Shown here piece by piece: positions 33,238 through 41,956 of a stretch of 64,000 nt of DNA. Location of the stretch: contig JBDNGP010000045.1 of NCBI GenBank assembly GCA_041689265.1, positions 1,029 to 65,028 on the forward strand, in the 5' to 3' direction. Under the pieces are notes generated by a model. That model saw nothing but the letters and a program-made list of their open reading frames with translations. It did not search any database and was not told where the DNA came from. Numbering within the stretch: the stretch's first letter is position 1; every line of letters starts with the position of its first letter. A program made the translations under genes and the position numbers. The stretch comes from Verrucomicrobiota bacterium (lineage in GTDB: Bacteria > Verrucomicrobiota > Verrucomicrobiia > Limisphaerales > RI-55).

Positions 33238-34149
33238 ATGTACGCACTTTCTACCTGTTGGAATTCCAAGAATCATACTGATGGTCGGGCCATGCTCCGT
33301 GAGATCCGTGAACTCGGATTCGAGTATGCGGAGCTCAGTCATGGCATTCGCATCAGTCTTTTGCCGGGCATTTTCGACGCCGTCGACGCCGGGGAGATCA
33401 AGATTTCCACGCTTCACAATTTCTGTCCGCTTCCGATGGGCGTGAACCACGCCGCCCCCAACGTCTTCAAGTTTACTTCTTCGGATCGTTGGGAACGTGA
33501 GAACGCGATCAAGCACACGCTCAAGACCATCGAGACGGCCGCGCGGTTGAAGGCGAGACTGGTCGTGCTGCACATGGGCCAGATCACCATGCGGGACTAT
33601 ACCGACAAGTTGCTGAGCATGGTCGAAAAGGAAGAACAGAACTCGCGTAAGTTTGAGAAGCTGATTCAGGAGGCGATGGAAAAACGCGAACGGCGCAAGG
33701 AGAAGTATATTGATCGTGCTGACGAGTTGCTGAAGATTTTTGTCGAGGCGGCAGCCAAAGAGGGGATCATGCTCGGTGTCGAGAACCGGGAGGCGATGGA
33801 GGAGATTCCACTGGAAGGCGATTTTCCGTTCTGGTTGAAGAATCAACCGGCGGAAACGGTGGGTTACTGGCACGACACCGGCCATGCGCAAATCAAAGAG
33901 AATCTTGGGCTCCTCGTCCATCGTCTACATCTGGAGAATATGGGGGAGCGTCTGCAAGGATTTCACATCCACGACGTGAAGTTTCCGGGTCGTGATCATC
34001 AGGAGCCTGGAACCGGCTGTATTGATTTCGCCTCGCTGAAACCCTTTGTGAAACCGGAACACATCAAGGTGTTCGAGTTCAGTCCGTCGCTGACTCGCGA
34101 AGCCGTGGAACGCGGAACCCGCTACGTCATGGACCTCTGGGGAGACTAG
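33238..34149 (+). CDS. sugar phosphate isomerase/epimerase (xylose-isomerase-like TIM barrel)
   Basis: GFEYAELSHG, LVVLHMG, GVENRE, WHDTGHAQ, FHIHD: the AP-endonuclease-2/xylose-isomerase-like metal-ligand pattern. The start was moved from 33205 to 33238 because 33205 lies inside the rpsU terminator. Confidence 0.75.
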   Translation: MYALSTCWNSKNHTDGRAMLREIRELGFEYAELSHGIRISLLPGIFDAVDAGEIKISTLHNFCPLPMGVNHAAPNVFKFTSSDRWERENAIKHTLKTIETAARLKARLVVLHMGQITMRDYTDKLLSMVEKEEQNSRKFEKLIQEAMEKRERRKEKYIDRADELLKIFVEAAAKEGIMLGVENREAMEEIPLEGDFPFWLKNQPAETVGYWHDTGHAQIKENLGLLVHRLHLENMGERLQGFHIHDVKFPGRDHQEPGTGCIDFASLKPFVKPEHIKVFEFSPSLTREAVERGTRYVMDLWGD

Positions 34150-35244
34150 GTGAGCGCAGGCAAAACCATCCGTCGCATCGGCTGGCGGCTCGGCATCTGC
34201 CTGTTGCTGCTGGTCTGGATATTTCACGTCATCTTCATGACAGAAGGCGGACTGGCGTGGCAGGGCCCGCCAGCGTGGGCGGAATTGAGCCGTTCCCAAC
34301 AGTGGCGGATCGCCTGGGAGACGGGGCCGCCGCAACTCTGGGGTAATCTCACTGCAGTCGACCCGTTCGCGTTGATACTCTCTTTTCTCGTCATGGGGCT
34401 GACCCTCCTGATCGGCGTCGCCCGCTGGATGATCGCACTAAGGGTTCAGGGATTGAACCTGCCGTGGAGCCGCGCGCTAGGCATTACTTTCATCGCCCAC
34501 TTTTTCAATTCGTTCCTGCTGGGCTCGACCGGTGGTGATTTGATGAAAGCCTATTACGCCGCCGGAGAGACCGCCCACAAGAAGACCGAGGCTGTGGTGA
34601 CCGTGTTTGTGGATCGTGTGATCGGTCTGTGGAGCATGCTGTTGTTCGCCCTGGCGATGGTCGCGTTCAACTTTGATCTGCTGCGATCACACAAACGGCT
34701 GCAGCTGCTGATGCTCGTCATTCTGGGAATGCTGATCGTCGGCACCGGGTTCGTTGTTCCGGCATTTTGGGCCGGGTTGTCGAATAGATGGACCGGGGCG
34801 CGCGAGTGGCTGCAACAACTGCCCAAGGGCAAATGGATCGGTCGTTCGCTCGACTCGTGTCGGGAGTTCGGGCGCAGCAAACGCTTCTTTTTCAAAATGG
34901 TTCTGGTATCGACGGTGTTGAATCTGGTGTGCGTGCTTCAATACATCATTCTGGCGCGCGGGCTGAACATCGCTGTGCCGGTCTCCGTGTGGATGTTGAT
35001 CGTGCCGTCCATCATCTGCATCTCCGCCCTGCCGATCACTCCGAGCGGTCTCGGCGTCCGTGAAAACCTCTATGTCGCCATCCTGGCGGCCACCCCGTTT
35101 CTGATCCCCGAGACCTCGGCGCTTGCGTTATCGCTTCTCGCCTACGCCGGCAGCCTGTTTTGGAGCCTGGTCGGCGGCGGCGTTTATCTGTTTTTGAAAG
35201 ATCGCCAGCATCTGGAGGAAGTGACCGAATCCGGGCCAGAATGA
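34150..35244 (+). CDS. flippase-like / lysyl-PG-synthase TM-region family membrane protein (UPF0104)
   Basis: About 8 TM helices. FIAHFFNSFLLGSTGGDLMKAYYAA and LPITPSGLGVRE motifs. GTG start directly abuts the upstream stop. Confidence 0.65.
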   Translation: MSAGKTIRRIGWRLGICLLLLVWIFHVIFMTEGGLAWQGPPAWAELSRSQQWRIAWETGPPQLWGNLTAVDPFALILSFLVMGLTLLIGVARWMIALRVQGLNLPWSRALGITFIAHFFNSFLLGSTGGDLMKAYYAAGETAHKKTEAVVTVFVDRVIGLWSMLLFALAMVAFNFDLLRSHKRLQLLMLVILGMLIVGTGFVVPAFWAGLSNRWTGAREWLQQLPKGKWIGRSLDSCREFGRSKRFFFKMVLVSTVLNLVCVLQYIILARGLNIAVPVSVWMLIVPSIICISALPITPSGLGVRENLYVAILAATPFLIPETSALALSLLAYAGSLFWSLVGGGVYLFLKDRQHLEEVTESGPE

Positions 35245-35347
35245 CGCCGGACTCCGGAAAATTAGTCCCGGTTTGCATGAGGAAATTTCACTGCCCAATT
35301 TTCATGATCAATGCTACTTCTTCAACTTTGACGTTTCCACCTGTGAC

Positions 35348-36820
35348 ATGGACAAGATTCTATTAATTGATGACGAGACGGACGTGCAGTATTCCTTTAC
35401 GCGGATTTTCAGTTCACCGGAGATCAAGCTGACCACGGCCAACAGCGGCGAAGAAGGTCTCGCCCTGCTGTCGAAAGTGCAGCCCGACCTAGTGATCATG
35501 GACGTCCGCATGGGCGGTATGAACGGTCTCGAAACGCTGCGGCAGTTGAGGGATGTGGACACGAAGCTGCCGGTCATCATGATGACCGCGTACGGCACGA
35601 CGCAGACCGCGATCGAGGCCATGAAGCTCGGCGCGTTTGACTACCTGCTCAAACCGTTTGATATCCCGAAACTGAAACAGATCGTGAGCGACGCCCTCAA
35701 GGCCTCCCGCGACATGAAACAGGTCGTGAGCTACGAACCGCTGCTTGAGTCCGAGGATTACGAACAGGGCATCGTCGGACACAGTGAGCCGATGCAGAAT
35801 GTTTTCAAACTGATCGGCCAGCTTGCGGTTTCGGACGCTACCGCGTTGATCACCGGCGAAAGCGGAACCGGTAAAGAACTCGTGGCCCGCGCGATCTATC
35901 ATCATAGCGGCCGGAGCAACAAGCCCTTCCTCGCCATCAACTGTGCCGCGATTCCGGAGAATCTGTTGGAGAGTGAACTGTTCGGGCACGAAAAAGGTTC
36001 GTTTACCGGCGCCTCCACCCAGCGGATCGGCAAGTTCGAGAAATGCCACGGCGGGACGATCTTTCTCGATGAGATCGGCGACATGAGCCTGCCGACCCAG
36101 ACCAAGATTCTGCGCGTCCTGCAGTCGGGAACGTTTGAACGCGTTGGTGGCAATGAGCCCGTAAGCGTCGATGTGCGGGTGATCGCCGCGACCAACAAGC
36201 CGTTGGAACAAGCGGTGGCTGAGCGCGAATTCCGCGAGGATTTGTTTTACCGTTTGAATGTGGTGCGTCTGCAAATGCCGCCGTTGCGTGAACGCCGGTC
36301 GGACATCCGGCTGCTGGTCAATTATTTCCTGCGGAAGTTCAGCAAGCAGCTCGGCCAGCGGCCCAAATCCATCGCGACCGACGCCTTGCAGCGGCTTGAA
36401 AGCTATCGCTGGCCGGGCAACGTGCGGGAGTTGGAAAACGTGATCGAACGCGCGCTCGTCGTTTCAAAGGGCGACGCGATCTTGAGCAACGACCTGCCCG
36501 CAGAAATTCTCGCGGGCGGCCCGCCGGCCGTTGCGACCGGAGTAGGTTCCGTGCAACCGGCTGCGGCCTCGTTCGCCGGGACGACGGCAGCGAACGGCAA
36601 ACTGGACATCCCTTCCATCGCCCGGCAGCTGTTCAAATGGGCGCGCGAAAACAGCGCGCTGAAAGTGATTCCTGCCGTGGAACGCGAGCTCATCGTCGCC
36701 GCCATGCAGGAGACGCAGGGGAACCAGGTCCAGGCGGCGAAGCTTCTCGGGATCACCCGCGCGACCCTCCGCAAACGGCTGGAGAAGTTCGGCATCAAAC
36801 AGGAACTCTCGATCGAGTAG
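35348..36820 (+). CDS. sigma-54-dependent response regulator (NtrC family: REC + AAA+ + Fis-type HTH)
   Basis: REC: ILLIDDE...DLVIMDVRMGGMNG...KPF. AAA+: ITGESGTGKELVARAIH, GSFTGA (GAFTGA variant), FLDEIGDM, RVIAATN. HTH: QVQAAKLLGITRATLRKRL. Confidence 0.9.
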   Translation: MDKILLIDDETDVQYSFTRIFSSPEIKLTTANSGEEGLALLSKVQPDLVIMDVRMGGMNGLETLRQLRDVDTKLPVIMMTAYGTTQTAIEAMKLGAFDYLLKPFDIPKLKQIVSDALKASRDMKQVVSYEPLLESEDYEQGIVGHSEPMQNVFKLIGQLAVSDATALITGESGTGKELVARAIYHHSGRSNKPFLAINCAAIPENLLESELFGHEKGSFTGASTQRIGKFEKCHGGTIFLDEIGDMSLPTQTKILRVLQSGTFERVGGNEPVSVDVRVIAATNKPLEQAVAEREFREDLFYRLNVVRLQMPPLRERRSDIRLLVNYFLRKFSKQLGQRPKSIATDALQRLESYRWPGNVRELENVIERALVVSKGDAILSNDLPAEILAGGPPAVATGVGSVQPAAASFAGTTAANGKLDIPSIARQLFKWARENSALKVIPAVERELIVAAMQETQGNQVQAAKLLGITRATLRKRLEKFGIKQELSIE

Positions 36821-36968
36821 GGCGGGGGCGTGATCGACCGGCGACAGTGCGGCCGGTGGAATGGCACGCCGGACGGCTGCATCTTGGAATCCGGAACTAC
36901 GCAAACTACTTGCTGTGCGAAGACGGCGCGAAGAAACGGTGGCCCCCTCGGAGTTATCAATCTAAAGG

Positions 36969-37001
36969 CCCTTTTACGACCCTTTTACGACCCTTTTACG
37001 G
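36969..37001. repeat. 3 tandem copies of an 11-bp unit (cccttttacga)
   Basis: cccttttacga cccttttacga cccttttacgg. The last copy overlaps the stop codon of the minus-strand XRE gene. Confidence 0.8.
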
Positions 37002-37220
37002 GATCAACGCATGAATCGGGCACTTCAATGCGCCACGGATCCGCAACAGGGTGGTGAGCGGGACATTTACGATTCCTGCTTCGATCTTTTGAATATAGCG
37101 TGGATTCACACCGGCGAGTTCGGCCAGCCGTTCCTGGGTCAGACCTCGTGCCATTCGTTCCCGGCGGACAGCCGCTCCGAAGTTCTGCAACTGCTGCCGT
37201 TCTTTGCTGCTTAAAGGCAC
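36996..37220 (-). CDS. XRE-family helix-turn-helix transcriptional regulator
   Basis: 74 aa. FGAAVRRERMARGLTQERLAELAGVNPRYIQKIEAG. Confidence 0.8.
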   Translation of the reverse strand: MPLSSKERQQLQNFGAAVRRERMARGLTQERLAELAGVNPRYIQKIEAGIVNVPLTTLLRIRGALKCPIHALIP

Positions 37221-37367
37221 GCCCCATTAGGGCGGCTTTTTGGGATTGCTGAACACGCCCTGATATGGCGTAATCCAGTGAATGGTAGAACGACGGCATC
37301 AGAAAATGAAATGCCGGGATTTGTCCTGACGCTCACCTTTAACCATCAGCGGAGTAGATGATTCACA

Positions 37368-39269
37368 ATGAAACACACCATAATACTGTGCCTGACGGTT
37401 GGAGCAATTGCGCTCGCGCCCAATCGAGCCATTTCTGAAATCCTTGCCGGCCCAATCTACAATACGGCCACCGATCACGATTACTACCTGCTGACGGAGG
37501 GTTCGTGGACTTCAGCGGAACAGGAGGCGGTCAGCCTCGGTGGTCACCTTGTGACGATCAACGGGCAGCCGGAACAGGACTGGGTCTGGTCGACCTTCGG
37601 TAGCTACGGTGGCGTCCGAAGGAGCCTCTGGATCGGACTCAATGACGTGGTGACTGAGGGCACCTTCGTTTGGTCGAGCGGTGAGCCGGTGACTTTCTTA
37701 AACTGGTTGGATGGCCAGCCAGACAATAACACGCCCGCTGGCGAAGATTACGTTCACATGATGGGCAACGACCGGAATGGGGAGTTGCCCCTGAGCGTCT
37801 ACGGCAAATGGAATGACTACCAAAACACGGATGCCGCCTACACGTCCTACAACTTTGGGCCGATGCACGGAGTGGTTGAAGTCGAACGCCCCTTTGATTC
37901 GATCGGCAAAGACTTTCTCTGGCAAATCGATCATGGTGAAAGCCGGGTTTATATTCTCGGCTCGATTCACGTTCTTCGAAGCACGGACCGCCCGCTTCCG
38001 GTCTCGATGACTCAGGCGTTCAATCAGTCGACCAAGGTTTACTTTGAGACCGACCTCGACGAAGCGGCATCTGACTCGGTTGGCAATTACGTAGTTGCCC
38101 GAGCAACCTATCCTTCCGGGCAGAACCTACAATCGAAGCTCCCCCCCGTGACCTACACAAAGCTCCAAAATTTCGCAGTGAGTAAAAGTCTGCCAGCTGA
38201 CTACTTCCGCCCGTACAGGCCATGGTTTGTCATTGCGCTTGTCGGTGCCTATGCGAATGTTGATCTCGACGTTTCGGAAGCGAATGGCGTGGACCGATAT
38301 TTCTTCAATCTGGCCAAGACCCGGGGTGTATCGCGGGCGTATCTGGAGACACCAATTGAACAATTTGATTTCATTGCCAACTCCCCGGAATCCGAATTGC
38401 TGAGTTCACTGATTATCGGGATGGAAAACCCCGGTGGGGGCACCCTGCCTCTCATTGAAAACTGGAAGCAGGGCAATACCCCGGCGCTGGCCCGCTCCAA
38501 CGCCATTATGGCTGCCCAATCGCCAGGAATCTACTCGTCCATCATCACCACGCGGAACCAGAACTGGATCGGCGCGGTGACGAACGAACTCGTCGGATCG
38601 AAGACCACCATGTTCATCGTGGGGGCCGCACACGCTGTTGGAGAGGACGGACTGCCTGCTCGGTTGTCTAGACTAGGATACTCAGTGCGACAGTTGCCGC
38701 TGATGCCACCACGCTTGCTCGCGCTGCGGGCTTTCAGGGAGATTTCCGGCTTCCAGACCAACGAAGTGGATCTGCCTGTCATCGAGGGCAATACAGTCAG
38801 CGATCTGCCCGTGCTCAAGCATTCAAGAATCCGTTTGGTGGCCACGATTGAGAATAAGCCCAATGTGACCAACGTTTGGCATCGCGACGGAATCGCGATC
38901 GGCGGTCAATCTGGTAACGAACTGGACCTGGGCGTCCTCACTGCCGGTTCGAATGGTGAATATCATCTGATTCTGTCCGGTCCCGATGGCCAACGTGTCT
39001 ACAACCGCATCCGGCTTCAGCTAAACGACCCGGATATACCCGCACTTCGAGTGGCACCGTTTTCGCCTGGCAGCGGGTTTCAGTCATTTGTCTCGGTTCT
39101 GGCGGGCCGTCACTATCAAGTGCAGGTAACAGAAGGTCTGGAGCCGGGCGGGTCGTGGCGATGGTTTGGCGATCTTGCCCCGGTCAGTTCTGCTGAACTT
39201 CCACTCACGACTCTTCCGTGGTCCGAATTCGTTCCGAGGCGATTCTATCGGGTCATGGAGGTGTATTGA
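37368..39269 (+). CDS. secreted fusion protein: C-type lectin domain + TraB/GumN (Tiki-like) domain + C-terminal Ig-like beta region
   Basis: Signal peptide MKHTIILCLTVGAIALAP. CTLD: WTSAEQEAVSLGGHLVTI, LWIGLNDVVTEGTFVWSSGEPVTFLNW, QPDN, GKWNDY. GumN/TraB: FLWQIDHGESRVYILGSIHVL, VYFETDL, MFIVGAAHAVGEDGLPARLSRLGYSV. Confidence 0.8.
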   Translation: MKHTIILCLTVGAIALAPNRAISEILAGPIYNTATDHDYYLLTEGSWTSAEQEAVSLGGHLVTINGQPEQDWVWSTFGSYGGVRRSLWIGLNDVVTEGTFVWSSGEPVTFLNWLDGQPDNNTPAGEDYVHMMGNDRNGELPLSVYGKWNDYQNTDAAYTSYNFGPMHGVVEVERPFDSIGKDFLWQIDHGESRVYILGSIHVLRSTDRPLPVSMTQAFNQSTKVYFETDLDEAASDSVGNYVVARATYPSGQNLQSKLPPVTYTKLQNFAVSKSLPADYFRPYRPWFVIALVGAYANVDLDVSEANGVDRYFFNLAKTRGVSRAYLETPIEQFDFIANSPESELLSSLIIGMENPGGGTLPLIENWKQGNTPALARSNAIMAAQSPGIYSSIITTRNQNWIGAVTNELVGSKTTMFIVGAAHAVGEDGLPARLSRLGYSVRQLPLMPPRLLALRAFREISGFQTNEVDLPVIEGNTVSDLPVLKHSRIRLVATIENKPNVTNVWHRDGIAIGGQSGNELDLGVLTAGSNGEYHLILSGPDGQRVYNRIRLQLNDPDIPALRVAPFSPGSGFQSFVSVLAGRHYQVQVTEGLEPGGSWRWFGDLAPVSSAELPLTTLPWSEFVPRRFYRVMEVY

Positions 39270-39828
39270 TTTCTGGAGATCCGGCTGCCGAGCGTCCAGC
39301 GACGCCACTCACAATGTAGGATGGTCCGCTTGCAAGGACCGAGGCCGCATCGGGCGGCGGTGGGGACACGACAACCGTAATTTCCAAATCGCGGGGAAAA
39401 ACACACTTGGTGGCGGTGAACGAACAGTTAACACTACGGACTTCAATAATTGCTCAGTGATTTCGGCGTTTCTCGACTTGCAGCACCCGAAAATCGATAA
39501 ATTTCAAGTATTCGCGGAGAAAATTGCCGAAAATCTTAATATTACGCCAAAATGACACACTACTCCCCATTGTGTAACGTCACCTTTCGGGCAGGGTAAA
39601 TTTTTTGCCGCTCTGTAGAGAATATTCGCAGATGAATCGGGGGTGGTGGGTATTCGGGGGAACGGTCAACGGGCCGCGCTCATAAGATAGATGGCGTCTC
39701 CGAACTTTCTGGACGGACGAATGGGCACTTCTCGCACGAGAATCTGGCGGGGTTGCGCTTTATCAAAGCGTGAGATTGTTTCGCACCGATGCAGGACAGG
39801 CTATTGAATCACGAGTCGTATTTTGCTC

Positions 39829-40137
39829 CTATCTGTAATTTTGCAGAAGCTCATCAATCACGGGGTCCATCTTTGATTTGGTGCCTTTCCACTTCGCAGG
39901 CGAAAGTCCGCCACCCCCCTTCAAGTGATACTCGGCAGAGGCGACTATCTCTCCATTCTTTTCGATTTTGATTGTGGCATCGACGAGATACGGAGCCATG
40001 TCCCATTTTCGGTAAGCCACGTAGGTTACTACAAACTCGTCTTTTGGTTCAGCGGTCGAGGCGACGACTCTAGCGTTGATTCCGTGTCGCGCGAACCCGG
40101 CAACCAGCACAGCCATCCTGTTCGATCTGCGGCCCAA
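39829..40137 (-). CDS. hypothetical small protein downstream of the APS kinase gene
   Basis: 102-aa ORF 8 nt after the upstream stop. No signal peptide and no confident family. Confidence 0.4.
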   Translation of the reverse strand: MGRRSNRMAVLVAGFARHGINARVVASTAEPKDEFVVTYVAYRKWDMAPYLVDATIKIEKNGEIVASAEYHLKGGGGLSPAKWKGTKSKMDPVIDELLQNYR

Positions 40138-40145
40138 TTAACTTG

Positions 40146-41726
40146 TTACCGCGTCCTGACACCGATGTAGCCCTTGCTCTCTAGATGAATCCGGATTTCC
40201 TGACAGCATTCCTCGACGTTCAGCAGGTCGGTGTTCAGCACAACCTCGGCGTCGGCGGGAGTCTCGTAAGGATCGGAAATTCCAGTGAACTCTTTCACGA
40301 TGCCCGCGCGCGCTTTCGCATAGAGCCCCTTTCGATCACGTCCTTCGCAAACGTCCAGCGGCGTCGAGAGGTGAACTAGAATGAACCCGCCGTGCTGGGA
40401 GATCAGACCACGCACCTGTTTGCGGATCGCATCGTACGGCGCGATCGGCGCGCAGATCGCGATGCCGCCGTTCTTCGTGATTTCATTCGCGACAAAGCCG
40501 ATCCGCAGGATGTTTAGATTGCGGTGCTCCTTTGAAAACCCGAGTTCGGACGAAAGGTTTTTCCGGACGATATCGCCGTCCAGCAACGTGACGGAACGTC
40601 CGCCAATTTCGAGGAACTTGCTCCACAACGCCTTCGCTGCGGTTGATTTTCCGGAACCGGACAGCCCCGTGAAAAATACGGTGAACCCCTGTTTGGATCG
40701 CGGTGGATGACTTTTCCGCAGCTCGACCGCCACGTCAGGAAAAGTGAACCACGTCGGAAGCTCGCGTCCTTCGGCAAGTCGCGTTTCCAGATCGGCTTCT
40801 GAAATTTCCTTCGTCACGCAGTCCGCTGATTCCGACTTCAACACGAAGTCGTCCTGTTCCTCGGAGTAAACCAGCTTGCGATAAGGAATGGCTTCCACTC
40901 CGATTTCCTTTTCGTATTTCCTCAACGCTGCGAGGGAGTCGGCATCATCCGGCGCGATGACGTGGGTGCAGCCGAAATTGCGCTGAATGATCGCCTGCAG
41001 CAAAGCCGTGCGCGCACCGGTCTCGCGAACCGACAATGGGAGCAGCGAGAGTGCGGCGAGATTGCTCGGATAGTGCGGGAGGATTGCCTGATGGCAGCGC
41101 ACGCGACCGAAGTGATCGCGCTCGCCGGGGTGAGTGAAACCGACGACCGGCTGGATCAGCAGGTTGGCGCGGTGCTCCAGCGCGATCTGTTTGGTCATCT
41201 CAAACTCCGCGCGATGAATCGGTTGAGTCGTTTGAAACGCGACGATCTTGCGCCAGCCGCGCTGGGCGAACTCGGTGCGCAACTGTTCGGGCGTGTGGCG
41301 CAGCGACCGATAATCGTGATGCTCCGGCGATTCGAGCCCTTGGACCGGGCCGCCGAGACAGACCGGTAAACCTTCAGCGCCATCGTCCGCGCTCCAGATG
41401 TCGTCGATCCGGAGGACGGCGAGCATCACTCCCTCGGCATCACGCAGCGCGAGCCGGCCGCCGGTAGTGAGCTTGGCGGCGAACGGTCGTGAAACTTCGA
41501 GCAGGATTGGCACCGGCCAGAGCGTTCCATCGACCAACCGGGATTTTTCGCAAACCGATTTGCTATCGTCGCGGGTCAAAAAACCGTTTAACGGCGCAAA
41601 CCCGCCGTTCAGGAGAAGTTCAAGATCGCAGGTCTGGCGGGGCGTGAGATCCCACGACGGCCATCCGTTGGACTGCGCCTTGAGCGTCGCCGCGTCGGCT
41701 TCGCTGACTAGTAAATCGTTCGGCAT
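40146..41726 (-). CDS. cysC: adenylylsulfate (APS) kinase with N-terminal degenerate ATP-sulfurylase-like domain
   Basis: C-terminal FFTGLSGSGKSTAAKAL, LLDGDIVRKNL, FTGISDPYE (CysC). The N-domain aligns to ATP sulfurylase, but QTRNPxHRAH is QTTQPIHRAE and GRDHAG is APDDAD. Confidence 0.85.
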   Translation of the reverse strand: MPNDLLVSEADAATLKAQSNGWPSWDLTPRQTCDLELLLNGGFAPLNGFLTRDDSKSVCEKSRLVDGTLWPVPILLEVSRPFAAKLTTGGRLALRDAEGVMLAVLRIDDIWSADDGAEGLPVCLGGPVQGLESPEHHDYRSLRHTPEQLRTEFAQRGWRKIVAFQTTQPIHRAEFEMTKQIALEHRANLLIQPVVGFTHPGERDHFGRVRCHQAILPHYPSNLAALSLLPLSVRETGARTALLQAIIQRNFGCTHVIAPDDADSLAALRKYEKEIGVEAIPYRKLVYSEEQDDFVLKSESADCVTKEISEADLETRLAEGRELPTWFTFPDVAVELRKSHPPRSKQGFTVFFTGLSGSGKSTAAKALWSKFLEIGGRSVTLLDGDIVRKNLSSELGFSKEHRNLNILRIGFVANEITKNGGIAICAPIAPYDAIRKQVRGLISQHGGFILVHLSTPLDVCEGRDRKGLYAKARAGIVKEFTGISDPYETPADAEVVLNTDLLNVEECCQEIRIHLESKGYIGVRTR

Positions 41727-41956
41727 AAAATCTGGCGGATTGCGGGGAATCGGAATTGCACCCGCTGGTCATATGAAAGGAAATACAAGGAGCACAAATC
41801 GACCAACGCCAAGCAAATTCGTTTCAGTGCCCGATGATTTGCGAACAACAGGCGGGAAGGTCAGTCGGTCGGGCGGCCAGCCGGATTGGATCATCCAAAT
41901 ATCAAAAACAGGCTTCGCATTTTCGCAGTTTCCCCTACATTTGGTCTCAACACACC

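Noticed and set aside
36969-37001. Tandem repeat as a CRISPR array
   Set aside because: The units are only 11 bp, directly abutting with no spacers, and there are just three copies. No cas genes are present in the window.
39166-39555. 129-aa plus-strand ORF overlapping the end of the lectin gene and the non-coding tail
   Set aside because: It overlaps the 3' end of a well-supported gene in another frame, and it has Arg/Gly/Ser-rich composition and no motifs.
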